DNA from: Asterias rubens
Lineage: Eukaryota
Length of the DNA stretch: 64,000 nt
Direction of reading: 5' to 3'
NCBI RefSeq assembly: GCF_902459465.1
Contig: NC_047064.1
Location: 22,072,001 to 22,136,000, forward strand
Below, piece after piece: positions 42,501 to 55,033 of the stretch. The stretch's first letter is position 1. Every line of letters starts with the position of its first letter. A model generated the notes under the pieces. The model saw only the letters and a list, made by a program, of their open reading frames with translations. It searched no databases and was not told where the DNA came from. A program made the translations under genes and the position numbers.

Positions 42501-45500
42501 CATGAAAACTGCATAAGAAGACAGTGCCACACCCTTGAAGACGCGCTGCAAGACATTGATCGCTTGACTAATGTTTTAAAGCACGATCTTTGAAAACTCT
42601 GATGATGGAAACAGAGAACAGCAACTAAAAAGCTGAATCTGGGGAAACCAAAGACTGGCTTATGATTTATTACAAATGTGGGTTAAAATTACTTACATAG
42701 ACGCGCAGTCGGTTATAATACACATTGACGTGCAGCTAGGATGAATTGAATTGAATGGTTTTTTCGTCAAGTATATAAAAATACATGAAATTTAGTAGTT
42801 AACAAACAAAGTAGTTAAACGCCTAAGGCTGATCATTCATTGAGGAGATGGACAGAGTATGCCGCAGTATGGTATGAAGGAGTTAAGGTACCAGGGGTGG
42901 ATTTCACAAAGAGTTAGGACTAGTCTTATCTCGAGTTAGGACCAGTTATACTTGTCCTAACTTAGGACCAGAATGACAGTGGTTGCCCCCCATGATGACA
43001 CATTTTTGTTCGATTCAATTCACTTTTATTGGTCCTACCATGGAGGATATTCATTTTGCATACATGCAATACAAGAAAAATTAAAAACACACAATCATAA
43101 ATAAAGACTGGAAATAAATAATATTAATTAATCAGAAAACTACACAATAAACCCACTGAACAACATCTAAGCAGAAAGTAAACAAAGTAGTTAAACGCCC
43201 GAGGCTGATCATTCATTGAGGAGACGGACAAAGTATGCCGCAGTATGGTATGAAGGAGTTAAGGTACCAGGGGTGGATTTCACAAAGAGTTAGGACTAGT
43301 CTTATCTCGAGTTATCACCAGTTACTTGTCCTAACTTAGGACCATCCATGCAATGTGTATATCTCCTAGGACTAGTCTTAAGTTAGGACAAGTTAGGACA
43401 ACCCTTTGTGAAATCGACCCCTGTTTGTTTTGCATCGAAGTGACTGCCATCTCCTACCACTTCTTTAGTTTGATGAATAATTTGTTTAATGGATGGTTGG
43501 TGTTACTTTTGACTGCCTCTGCTTTAGATCCAATCTTCTCTTTTGAATTGAAAAAGCTCGAAGAGTTCTTCTAGTTTCGTTGTATCCATCCCATAGACTG
43601 ATTTCACGGATTTCTGACAGCATTCCCCACCACTTGAAAATTGCCTTGCCTCGTCAAATAATAATGTCCTAGAAAACCCAATATTTATAAAGATAAATTC
43701 TCAGTTTTTTTTATTATTCTTAAATTGACCTTCTTTCATTTGATTCCAGTATGCAAAGGGAAGGGACCAGGCTACCGAAGCCCCCAGGAGGCCATGAAGG
43801 GACCAAGGGAGGAGCTTGTCTACTTGCCATGTATCTATCGCAACACAGAAGTCAAGAAACCAGACTACCTATCAACCGTTGATGTCGATCCCAAGTCGAC
43901 CACATTTTGTCAGGTAGGATTGCACATCTACAGCTACATCTATCCAGCTACTAACTTGTCAAAGCCTATTCAGCATCTAGACAAGGGTGCGGCTGCCGAC
44001 GGTGGACAGTTTGTGTGCTCAGTGGGTGCCAATATATGTTCAAAAATAGAGATGAATTCATGACTAACCAGTCAAACTTCACTCCAGGGCTGTCTGGCTA
44101 GCAAGTTCATTGTTGAGAAGCATCTATATTTTGTATGATATAACAGGTACTTGTGAAAAAGCTTACAGGCCAGTGAAATGATAAACTACCTGGTGACTAG
44201 AAAATTGAAGGGTAAACCATGAATTGTCTGTTATAATTTTATACTTTTGTTTAAATTCTCTCCTCATAGGTGATCCATCGTTTGCCGATGCCTCATGTCA
44301 ACGATGAACTTCATCACAGCGGCTGGAACACCTGCAGTAGTTGCTATGGTGATGAGTCGATGTGTCGCAACCGTCTCATTCTTCCATCACTGTACTCCTC
44401 TCGTATTTATGTGATTGACACTGGAACCGAGCCACGTAAACCCCGCATGTTCAAGGTAAATTGGATGTTGTAGATGTCACTTCCACCTGGGCCCAATTTC
44501 ATGGCTCTGTTTGTTATAAGCACAGAATCGGCGCTTACGGAAGCGGGGAATTCTGTGCTTACGGCAAGTGTATTTCACGGGTTTTGGCTTCTGCGCGTGC
44601 GTACTCAATGTTACTAGGCATTCTACATTTATAAGGCTAGCGCAGAAATTCGACGTTCGCAGTAAGCAGGGAATCGTGATCATAAGCGCAGAATTCGGCA
44701 GTCAGCAAAGCCATGAAATTGGGCCCTTCTCACTTGGTCCTTTACTGACGGCTACTTTTTTTTGCTCCTCCCCCAATTTGTTTTGCCATCTCCAATTTTC
44801 TACGAACTAAAGTACTGTATTTTTCTTGATAATTTTACCTTGATATCAGCATTGCATTGACAAAACCAATCTATGACCCTACGTTTTTTTTTTTATGCCT
44901 TTATTTCTAGCTCTCATTCTTCTGGTTCAGGACCAAAATATGACTCAGTTGTCTGTACCTTCTTGTATGTTTGTTTTCCTCTCATGTCTTTAGGTTATTC
45001 TTGAACAGTGGTCCACTGTGCACAGGGAATTTACACCAAAAAACATCGGATGTGTGAAAATGGACATACCATGGGGGAAAAGCCACTCTTACTCTGGAGT
45101 AGGGATAAACATTTAAACCCTGGAGTACATGCGTTATTGAAATCACAACCGGAACCATGTGGACTTGGGGACCTAGGCAGGGACGCTGTGAACATTCGCT
45201 GGTGTAACTGGGGGGGGGGTGGGGGTGCTGTATTCCACAGGGATAAGAGATACAGTGTATAAGGGCCAAAGGGGTCAGGGGGAGGTGGAGGGATGAGGCT
45301 GGTTTGACTTCAAAAAGTAGAAAACACAAATGACAAGACCAAATGGGAAGAGGGAGAAAAGTTATTAATTTGTGAATGTTTTAAATTTCTAACAATTAGG
45401 TTGTTGAACCGGAAGAGGTCGCCAAGTCAGGACTGGCTGTCCCACACACCACTCACTGTCTGGCAGACGGACAAATCATGATTAGCTCAATGGGTGATGC

Positions 45501-48500
45501 TAAACAACCCGGGGAGGGCAAAGGTTAGCTTTTGAATAAGCCATTGGTGTGTTAGATTTGAAGATTGTCTGGTAGAATGATGTTCTTGATCTTAAGTTGC
45601 CACATTGAATTCCTAAGACTATCGAGACAGTTGGTATGTCACATTCAAGGCAAGGTTTTGCAAAGTTACGTAAGGTGAACACCCAAGTGACCCAAAAGTG
45701 CTTGAACTTTTTATGGACTACAATAAAATTTACTTTACTTTATGCGAGATACAGTGTTATTCCAAAACCATCATGATCATGATATTGTTCCTTGTTTCCA
45801 CTTGCACATGACGCAACTACTCTCTTTCATGGATGTGATTTATCCAGTTTTTTATTAAGAATTTTTTTATAAAAATAAATAAATAAATATTTAATAACTA
45901 AGATCAATTTCATAAGAAAATGAAGATAAAACAATAGGAACACCCAGATTGCAGGGTAGGGCTTGAAAAACAAAGATAAAAGTGTATTTATGCAGGTTTC
46001 ACACTTTGAAGCTTTTGTGCTCGCAAGCTTTCACACTTAGCGCTGTTAGTTTTTTTTTTTTTCAACAGCCAACAGCCTCTTTGTTTTGATGACTTTGTAG
46101 GTGGATTTATAATCCTAGACGGGAAGGACTTCTCCGTTACTGGGAACTGGGAGAAAGAAGGGAACACCACACCATTTGGATATGATTTCTGGTATCAGCC
46201 GTTTCATAACGTCATGATCAGCACTGAATGGGGAGCACCTAAGGCCTTCCTGAATGGTTTTGATCCTGCAGATTATGCAAACGGTAATTAAACAAAATCT
46301 TAATATTTTAGATGTTAACTTTGCATGGCTATGTGTTAGCAGCTGTGAATTTCACAAAACTCTTCTTAACTTAGGATTAATCTTATGACTTAGGACGAGT
46401 CCCAACCCTGCACTGTAGCATGCAGACCTTAATATTAATCCTAAGTTAGGACGAGTTACTTGTCCTAACCCGGGATAAGACGAGTCCCAACACTTTGTGA
46501 AATCGACGGCAGGGCTAGTAAACACCACTTCTCAACTTGCCTTTTGGGCTATTAAAAACTGTGCAACCTACTTGCTTAAAATGTTCATAATATGTCTTTG
46601 ATTTAGATGTGAATAATACACTTTTTAAATTTTTAAATATATTTTTGAGTTTTATTTTTGAGTTTTATTTGCCTATCATACTGACTGAGGATGCTACCAT
46701 TAATGCATCAGTCAGAATGATACATTTATGACAATACATGTTTAAAATCAGGGCTACTAAAACTTCCCGTTAAACCCAGAGTTTATTAGTCCGGTTGGCT
46801 ACTTAACAAAAAGCTTCAGACCCAAGACCGGAGTATGAAAATTGCAATCGATGATGTTAAAGCACTCAGTCAGCGAAATATTACACAAATTAATGTAAAA
46901 TGTCTTATTAACAAATTTCAGGTCTTTACGGTCATACTCTTCATGTCTGGGACTGGGAGAAGCACACCTTGATTCAAGACATCGATCTAGGAGATGAAGG
47001 AGCTATTCCTCTGGAGATTCGCTTTCTTCACAACCCTCTTGCCACCGAGGGCTTCGTTGGATGTGCACTCAGCTCCAATGTCTTCCGATTCTTCAAGACT
47101 AAAGTAAGCCAGTTGGATTAGTACAACATTGAGTCCAATTAAGAGGGGGGGGGGAACTATGGGTTCTTATATACATTAAAGGCAGAGTGTACTTTTGGTA
47201 ATTTACTCCACAAGTTAGTGAGCATAAAAACTTACTTGGTAAAGAGCAGTAGAGAGCTGTTGACATTATTCAACATTGTGTCAAACTACCCATCTTTGTC
47301 AGTTCGTGGCGTTGCCAACATTTTTATTTGAAAACCACTTTTCAAACAAGTCAAATTCCCTCCAGAAACTCCCAGTTTGGGCATGACAGCAATTAGTGCA
47401 ATCAGAGTTGTGCATAAAACAAAGTTGTGTCTTTCGATACAAAGTCACTCTATGTATCCAATAACATTTATGAATCTAAATAGGGTGTTTTTCCAAACTA
47501 CATTGAACGCTTTTTTTGTATGTTTTAATTATTCTTAGAAAGGTGACTGGGCTGCTGAGAAGGTGATTGATATTCCAGCTAAGAAGGTGGAAGGTTGGGC
47601 CTTACCTGATATGCCAGGTAAGTTACCAACATTTATAGTCTCTTGCAAAAACAGCAGAACTTCTGAGATGGGTTAAATATGAATTGCTGGTAGAAACATT
47701 GGCTTGGAGGAGAATTGATTTATAAGACTTAGAAAGACCCAGTCAGCTCAGAGCAGAAAGGACTTGACCTAGAAAGACCCAGTCAGCTCAGAGCAAAAAG
47801 GACTTGACCTAGAAAGACCCAGTCAGCTCAGAGCAGAAAGGACTTGACCTAGAAAGACCCAGTCAGCTCAGAGCAGAAAGGACTTGACCTAGAAAGACCC
47901 AGTCAGCTAAAAGCAGAAAGGCCGATGCTCAGAGCAGTGACTTTCACCCCTGATTATAACAGCTGGTCACTGGGCCATTTTATTTAACTCTTTCAACCAT
48001 GAATCATGTGCTGCCAAATATGTAGGGCACCACAAGCTAAATCAATCACAAGAACCATCTCTGACCTCACAGGTACCCATTTACCCCTGGGTAAAGAGAA
48101 GCAACTACATAAATGGTAAAGCATCCTGCTTTATTATTATTATTATGGTTTATTTATTAACTGCACTGGCGGCCAAGCAGGTCGAAAAAGTACATAAAGA
48201 AAAAGAAAAAAAAAAGAAGAAGTACATTAAAAAATATAAAAATATATATATCGTCAGCGTTCTCACGAAGTAGCACCGTACGTGCTTAAGGATTTTTTTT
48301 TCCCATTTTTTTTTTTGTTACATTTCTGTTGATAATTCATGAAGACCTACAATTTCATAAAGTTTCAAAGCTCAGACAGCTTTACTTTGTTAATTAAGCT
48401 AATTAGTGTTTTCACTTTTTGCACAAACGTGGCATTTTTTGTTTTCACAAAGTAGCACCCGAACCCCTGTTTACCGTTGTAATGCATGTACGCACTCCGA

Positions 48501-51500
48501 GTCAAAGTGTGGTAAAAACGTTTTAACGAAGTAGCACAGCAGTTGTGTGAGCGCGCGCGCTGACCTAGTTTCAAAAAGTAACACAAAATGCTGTGTTGTA
48601 GTATAGGCGGGTGCTACTTCGTGAAAACGCAAAAAGACGTATTTCGCACTTTTTTGGTTTCACGAAGTAGCACGGAGCTTCTCTCGTGTCTGTGTCCATA
48701 ATTAATTATGCAAATGAGTCAAAATAAGGTTAATTGTTAAGTTCTAGTCATCAAGTATCTACATTGAACAATTTAAATGGAAATACTTTGAAGTTTTGAA
48801 GGGAGGCAGGTTTCTAAAAAGTGTTCAACTTCAGAGGCCGTTTTCTGTGATTGCTATTTTTTGCTGGTATAGCAGTGAGTGCTACTTCGTGAAAACGCTG
48901 ACGATATATAAATATGTAATTATTTTAAAATTAATTGCAAGAACAACCCAAAAGCACATTTAAAAGCTTGAATCAACACTGGTGGTCAGGCAGAACGTAT
49001 TACAAGTAAAACTGGTACATATAGAACACAACTTTACAAATATAATTTGAAAAACTACAAGATTACAAACCACAATAAAACCACAAAAGCAATTACAAAA
49101 AGTTCCAAAGCTAAATGAGAAAGGCACTGAAAAGATCAGGCATGCAACTCTTCCGCGTTTCCGCGGAATTCCGCGTTTTTGTTTCATTTTTTTTTTCTTT
49201 TTTTTTCCGGATTTATTTTTTTAGCCTAATATATGCCTGGCATTAACAGTGTACAACTACATTCATGTAAAATAAGCCTAGTACATGCTAAAAATGCACC
49301 TAAGAAATATTAAACCTCAACATTTTCTAGGGTACTATTGTGGGTACATGTATCATGTCCCATGGCGTTTCGGCTGCCTCGCTCCGCACTTGCGTTGTGC
49401 CTTTGAAAATTTTCCTCTTTTTTTTTCAACAGGCAGTTGCATGCCTGAAAGATTAAATACAAAAAAAAACATAAATGCACAGCAAATGTATGGTACTCAT
49501 CTGGAACCAATGAATCTATGGCAAACTACGAATTTATGCAATGAATCTATGGCAAACTACAAATTTATGGCAAACTACGAATGATGTAGGGGATGGTGGA
49601 CATTTTGTATCTATCTGTTCGGCACTTGGGCATGAGGAGACCAGACAGGGTACTAGACCTTAATTGTCTCCTAGAGATACTCTCTCGATATGGTGGTAGG
49701 AAGTCCCTGAATCTAGCTGAGTGAAGTAACTTCGCACCAAACTTGTACACTTAGGTCTTCACGCCTGGCTTTAAGGGATTGGATACCAAGTGTAGCTAGT
49801 GTTGAAGTGTACGAGCTGTACTGGTGTCCAAGAGTGATACGAATCGCACGTTTCTGAATACTCTCAATGGAATTCGCTTGTTGGACTGTAATTGAACTGT
49901 GCCAGACCTGGCAAGCATACTCCAAGATAGGCCTGATGTAACAAGTATATATAATTATCATATCTGAAATAGGCACATTGGATTTTTTGAGAATGCATAA
50001 TGTATACAGTCTACGAGAAGCCTTAGAGACTATATCTTTAATGTGAATGTCCCATCTCAAGTTGTTCTGAACAGTAACACCGAGTAATTTCTTGGATGTA
50101 ACACAGTGAAGCTCTACTGCATCTAGGGTATTTAAAGACAATGGAATGTCCCGCTTTAAGAAGCTAATTGACATATGGTATGGCACTTTGAGGAATTTGG
50201 CTTAATGTCGTTGTTCTTACACCAATCTGATAGTTCATCGAGGTGATTTTGCATGTTAGACTGTTCACCATGCTGAACGACTTCACCGAGAGTCAAGTCA
50301 TCAACATACTTCCAACGTCTGCAGCACCCTGCTGATGCGTCGTTTATCAAAACCAGGAACAAGATCGGACCCAATTTTGTGCCCTGAGGCACACCACATG
50401 AGATTCCCTGACTGGAGGAAAGGTGGCCATTGAGTTTGGTGTTCTGGGTCTGCTCAGCAAGGAAACTGCAGACGACAGGAATGATGGATCTCCTGACTCC
50501 AAGATCAATCAGTTTTCTAACATAATGGTTGACACGGTCAAATGCTTTAGTGAAATCGACAGTACACAGGTTGGCATAGTGACCTGGTTGACACAGTCAA
50601 ACGCTTTAGTGAAATCGACAGTACACAGGTTGGCATAGTGACCTGGTTGACACGGTCAAACGCTTTAGTGAAATCGACAGTACACAGGTTGGCATAGTGA
50701 CCTGGTCTATCAAGTCCTTTCTGAATAAAGTCAAGCATATTCTATGAGGTAGTGCGAAGTGGAACTCCCTTTGACATAGCCGAACTGCTTGACACTGTGA
50801 TGACTCGGCCACCAGGGCCCAATTTCATAGAACTACTTTTAAAAGCAGAAAATATCACTTAACAATTATCTGCTGAGCAGAAATGAGCAGGATACCAGTC
50901 ACAAATTGTACATGTGACATGGTAGTTTGGCTGGTAACCATATTCTGGTAAGCAACATTTCATTGTGCTTAGCTACTTTTTGTGCTTAAGCAGCTCTGTG
51001 AAATTGGGCTCTAAACTTAATTCGATCACTGAACTTCTCTGCCACGACTCGCCAAAAGACAATGAAGTAGTATACCTTTAACATTATTGTATTAAACTGT
51101 TTTTTTTCTGCTTTAGGTCTGATCACGGACATTCTGATTTCGATGGATGATCGCTTTGTGTATTTCAGTAACTGGATTCATGGGGACATCAGACAGTATG
51201 ACATCACAGATACTGCTCATCCAAAACTCGTTGGTCAGGTAGGTAGTTGATGATTCGCAGGACTTCATAAATATAAACCCTCCTTTGCTAAAATATACTT
51301 TCCTTCCCTCATGACTTAAAGGATTTGGGTACTTTTTGTACACAAAACACAATGTCCACAGATTTATGTTTAACTTACACCATTTGAAGATAATTATTGT
51401 AGAAAGCTTACCTTGAAATATTACGAGCTGAGGTGTTGTAGGTTTTTGAGAAACGAGTGAAACAATGTTACGGAAATACAATTTAGTGCTAAAATAATGA

Positions 51501-54500
51501 ACGCTTTTAGAGACAATTTTGTTTTTTGTGACTTGTTTTACTCATTTCTCAAAAACTACAGCACCTCAGCAAGTAATATTTAAGGGAAGCCTTCTACCAT
51601 CATTATTTTCAAACTGTGCAAGTTAAATGTAAATCCTACGGACATTGTGTTTTGTGTCCTACAAAACGTACCCAGAGTATAGCTTTGGTTTTTGGAACTA
51701 ACAACTTGAGACTTGTGAAATTTGGACTTGTGACTTGAGCAACAAATGACTTGTGGTTTGACTGGCGTTGAGAACAAATGACTTGTGGTTTGACTGGCGT
51801 TGAGAACAAATGACTTGTGGTTTGACTGGCCTTGAGAACAAATGACTTGTGGTTTGACTGGCCTTGAGAACAAATGACTTGTGGTTTGACTGGCCTTGAG
51901 AACAAATGACTTGTGGTTTGACTGGCCTTGAGAACAAATGACTTGTGGTTTGACTGGCCTTGAGAACAAATGACTTGTGGTTTGACTGGCTTGAGAACAA
52001 TTGACTTGTGGTTTGACTGGCATTGAGAACAAATGACTTGTGGTTTGACTGGCATTGAGAACAAATGACTTGTGGTTTGACTGGCATTGAGAACAAATGA
52101 CTTGTGGTTTGACTGGCCTTGAGAACAAATGACTTGTGGTTTGACTGGCCTTGAGAACAAATGACTTGTGGTTTGACTGGCCTTGAGAACAAATGACTTG
52201 TGGTTTGACTGGCTTGAGAACAATTGACTTGTGGTTTGACTGGCGTTGAGAACAAATGACTTGTGGTTTGACTGGCCTTGAGAACAAATGACTTGTGGTT
52301 TGACTGGCCTTGAGAACAAATGACTTGTGGTTTGACTGGCCTTGAGAACAAATGACTTGTGGTTTGACTGGCGTTGAGAACAAATGACTTGTGGTTTGAC
52401 TGGCGTTGAGAACAAATGACTTGTGGTTTGACTGGCTTGAGAACAAATGACTTGTGGTTTGACTGGCGTTGAGAACAAATGACTTGTGGTTTGACTGGCG
52501 TTGAGAACAAATGACTTGTGGTTTGACTGGCGTTGAGAACAAATGACTTGTGGTTTGACTGGCGTTGAGAACAAATGACTTGTGGTTTGACTGGCTTGAG
52601 AACAAATGACTTGTGGTTTGACTGGCTTGAGAACAATTGACTTGTGGGTTGACTGGCCTTGAGAACAAATGACTTGTGGTTTGACTGGCCTTGAGAACAA
52701 ATGACTTGTGGTTTGACTGGCCTTGAGAACAAATGACTTGTGGTTTGACTGGCCTTGAGAACAAATGACTTGTGGTTTGACTGGCCTTGAGAACAAATGA
52801 CTTGTGGTTTGACTGGCCTTGAGAACAAATGACTTGTGGTTTGACTGGCGTTGAGAACAAATGACTTGTGGTTTGACTGGCGTTGAGAACAAATGACTTG
52901 TGGTTTGACTGGCCTTGAGAACAAATGACTTGTGGTTTGACTGGCGTTGAGAACAAATGACTTGTGGTTTGACTGGCGTTGAGAACAAATGACTTGTGGT
53001 TTGACTGGCGTTGAGAACAAATGACTTGTGGTTTGACTGGCGTTGAGAACAAATGACTTGTGGTTTGACTGGCCTTGAGAACAAATGACTTGTGGTTTGA
53101 CTGGCGTTGAGAACAAATTACTTGGTTTCAACACTGACATTGATCTTTTCTATTTTAGGCATTAGAATCCCTTTTTCTAAAGTTATATGTTTTTTTCCAT
53201 TACTTTTAATCTGCAGATTTTCCTTGGAGGATCGGTATGCACAGATGGCCAAGTGAAAGTAACTGACGATAAAGAGTTATCTAAACAGCCTGATCCATTG
53301 TTCATGAAAGGTAAAAGAGTCAATGGTGGTCCTCAGATGATCCAGCTTAGCTTGGACGGCAAACGGCTCTATGTCACCAACTCTCTCTACAGTGCATGGG
53401 ATAAGCAATTTTATCCAGATATGTGCAAGTAAGTTGTTATCCACACCTGTTCATGTTTGTTGTCATTTAGTCTCGGAGAAAAGACTCTGCTAGGGTCAAA
53501 ACATCAGGTCAATTAGTATTTTTTACAATAATAAAAATAATACTGTCTGAGTGTCTATAGCACTTTTTCACACCCGTAGGGGCATATTTAAGCACTCGGT
53601 ATGTTTTCCTGCAAGGTGTGTGGACCAACGTTTTGAAGTATGAGACCTACTGCTTTATAGACCTTTATCATAGTGTGGCCATCTTGATTTTACTTCATTC
53701 CAACTCATTGTAACCAAACTGAGGCTGGACGAACAAATAGTCTGGTGCCATGTTTGCGCAATGAATGTTAGCATTCATTATTGTTATGTGAACAGGGAAC
53801 ATGACCAAGTTGGTAACACAGCGTGATAAAGGACTTTATCTTCCAGTACGCGCTAATCCACCTATCAGAGGTTCCAACTACTAGGGGGATATAGTCCTCT
53901 GTTTTATATCTTCCAGTACGCGCTAATCCACCAATCAGAGGTTCCAACTACTAGGGGGATATAGTCCTCTGTTTTATATCTTCCAGTACGCGTTAATCCA
54001 CCAATCAGAGGTTCCAACTACTAGGGGAATATAGTCCTCTGTTTTATATCCTACTTCCTCTGTTTTTATTACACAGTGCGTATTGTGAATGTCATTATGT
54101 CATGCTCCATATACAGACAGTGCAAAAATAACATTCTATACTTTGTGCGCGTGCATGCTGTTCGTCGCGAAATAACACTCTGAAATTTTAAACTTTGCGG
54201 TTTGCAAGTGAGAATGAATTCGTTATCACACGGGTGCATGGAAATACAAAAAAATATAGCGCGTCTGTATCCCATATCCAACTCATGGGATGAAGAAGCG
54301 CTATATTTGTTCGTATTCCACTCCTGGCGCTTGTGTGATAACTTATAATAGCACAATGTAATGGTTTACAAGGTGCTGTGGCACAATATGCTGCCAGTCA
54401 GTCAGACCAGGAATACCAGGACAAACCCCTTGTCTTTATGATAAGTGCACTGGGTTGTTTTAAGTTCATTACACAACACACAGGGTGTACAGCTTTACAT

Positions 54501-55033
54501 CCCATCTGAAGGACACAACAATAGTGTTAAGTGTAATGTTCACAGGACTCAGGAAAGTACTAAGTATACAGTTCTTTACGCACATTAGTATATGGGTAAA
54601 AAGCAAATAATATACTTTGAATGCTGTTGTTGTTTTTTGTTTGAGAAGAAAGAATTATCAATATTTTTTGATAATATTTTTTGCAAGATAGAATTAGCTG
54701 TTGCAAACTGACTCCCTCTCTATTCATTTTTTTTCCCACTACACTTAGTTTCCTGTTTATGTTTGTTATATTGTCATTTAACCTTCAAGAAAGACTTTGC
54801 TAGGGTCAAAACGTCATGCCATTCACTATTTGTTTTATTTTTGTTTTGTCAGGAGTGGCTCTGTGATGCTACAGATCGATGTCAATACTGAGGTAGGTGG
54901 CCTGACTGTCAACAAAGATTTCTTGGTTGACTTTGGTAATGAGCCAGAAGGTCCGGCCCTCGCTCATGAGATTCGTTATCCAGGAGGTGATTGTACTTCT
55001 GATATCTACCTAGCTTCAACTGCTAGCCTGTAG
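39555..55033 (+). CDS. SELENBP1: Selenium-binding protein 1 / methanethiol oxidase, 480 aa, 10 coding exons
   Basis: Exons 39555-39564 (ATG GCT GGA C|gtaagt; inferred), 43750-43913, 44270-44455, 45400-45523, 46101-46283, 46922-47103, 47539-47617, 51117-51238, 53217-53428, 54853-55033 total 1443 nt in frame. Hallmark SBP56 motifs: [87 protein letters not shown]. Confidence 0.95.
42806..43340 (+). repeat. Direct duplication (~165 bp; 42806-42970 and ~43181-43340) including the left part of a MITE
   Basis: aaacaaagtagttaaacgcc...gtatggtatgaaggagttaaggtaccaggggtggatttcacaaagagttaggactagtc occurs twice. Confidence 0.8.
43268..43403. mobile_element. Palindromic MITE (caggggtggatttcacaaag TIR)
   Basis: 20-bp TIR with one mismatch (ctttgtgaaatcgacccctg). 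Confidence 0.75.
44489..44726. mobile_element. MITE, gggcccaatttcat family (other copies ~35603-35790, 50815-51010, partial ~62494-62640)
   Basis: Perfect 18-bp TIR gggcccaatttcatggct / agccatgaaattgggccc. Confidence 0.8.
47730..47920 (+). repeat. 40-bp minisatellite, ~4.7 copies, SELENBP1 intron 7
   Basis: agaaagacccagtcagctcagagcagaaaggacttgacct at 47731, 47771, 47811, 47851 and 47891. Confidence 0.9.
48248..48907. mobile_element. TA-flanked MITE with long TIR and internal repeated aagtagcac motifs
   Basis: tatcgtcagcgttctcacgaagtagcac / gtgctacttcgtgaaaacgctgacgata (one mismatch), inserted in a (TA)n context. Confidence 0.75.
49508..50812 (-). mobile_element. 5'-truncated, frameshifted CR1-group LINE (RT fragment) antisense in SELENBP1 intron 7
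   Basis: [34 protein letters not shown]...[24 protein letters not shown]. Short tandem 3' tail at 49508-49582 and a 59-bp internal triplication at 50527-50703. Confidence 0.88.
50815..51010. mobile_element. MITE, gggcccaatttcat family, abutting the LINE 5' truncation point
   Basis: gggcccaatttcatag ... gtgaaattgggct. Confidence 0.7.
51735..53125 (+). repeat. 32-bp minisatellite (~43 copies; 31-bp variants) in SELENBP1 intron 8
   Basis: gagaacaaatgacttgtggtttgactggc(g/c/a/-)tt. The 32-bp period explains the 32-aa repeat in three minus-strand frames. Confidence 0.95.
53835..54050 (+). repeat. 70-bp tandem repeat x3 in SELENBP1 intron 9
   Basis: atcttccagtacgcgctaatccacc.atcagaggttccaactactagggg.atatagtcctctgttttat at 53838, 53908 and 53978. 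Confidence 0.9.

Noticed and set aside
51735-53125. CRISPR-like appearance of a ~30-bp repeat array
   Set aside because: Units are head-to-tail with no unique spacers, there are no cas genes, and the context is a eukaryotic intron.
51580-53140. Three ~480-aa minus-strand ORFs with 32-aa repeats
   Set aside because: They are the three frames of a stop-free 32-bp minisatellite inside a SELENBP1 intron, with no codon-level selection or domain.
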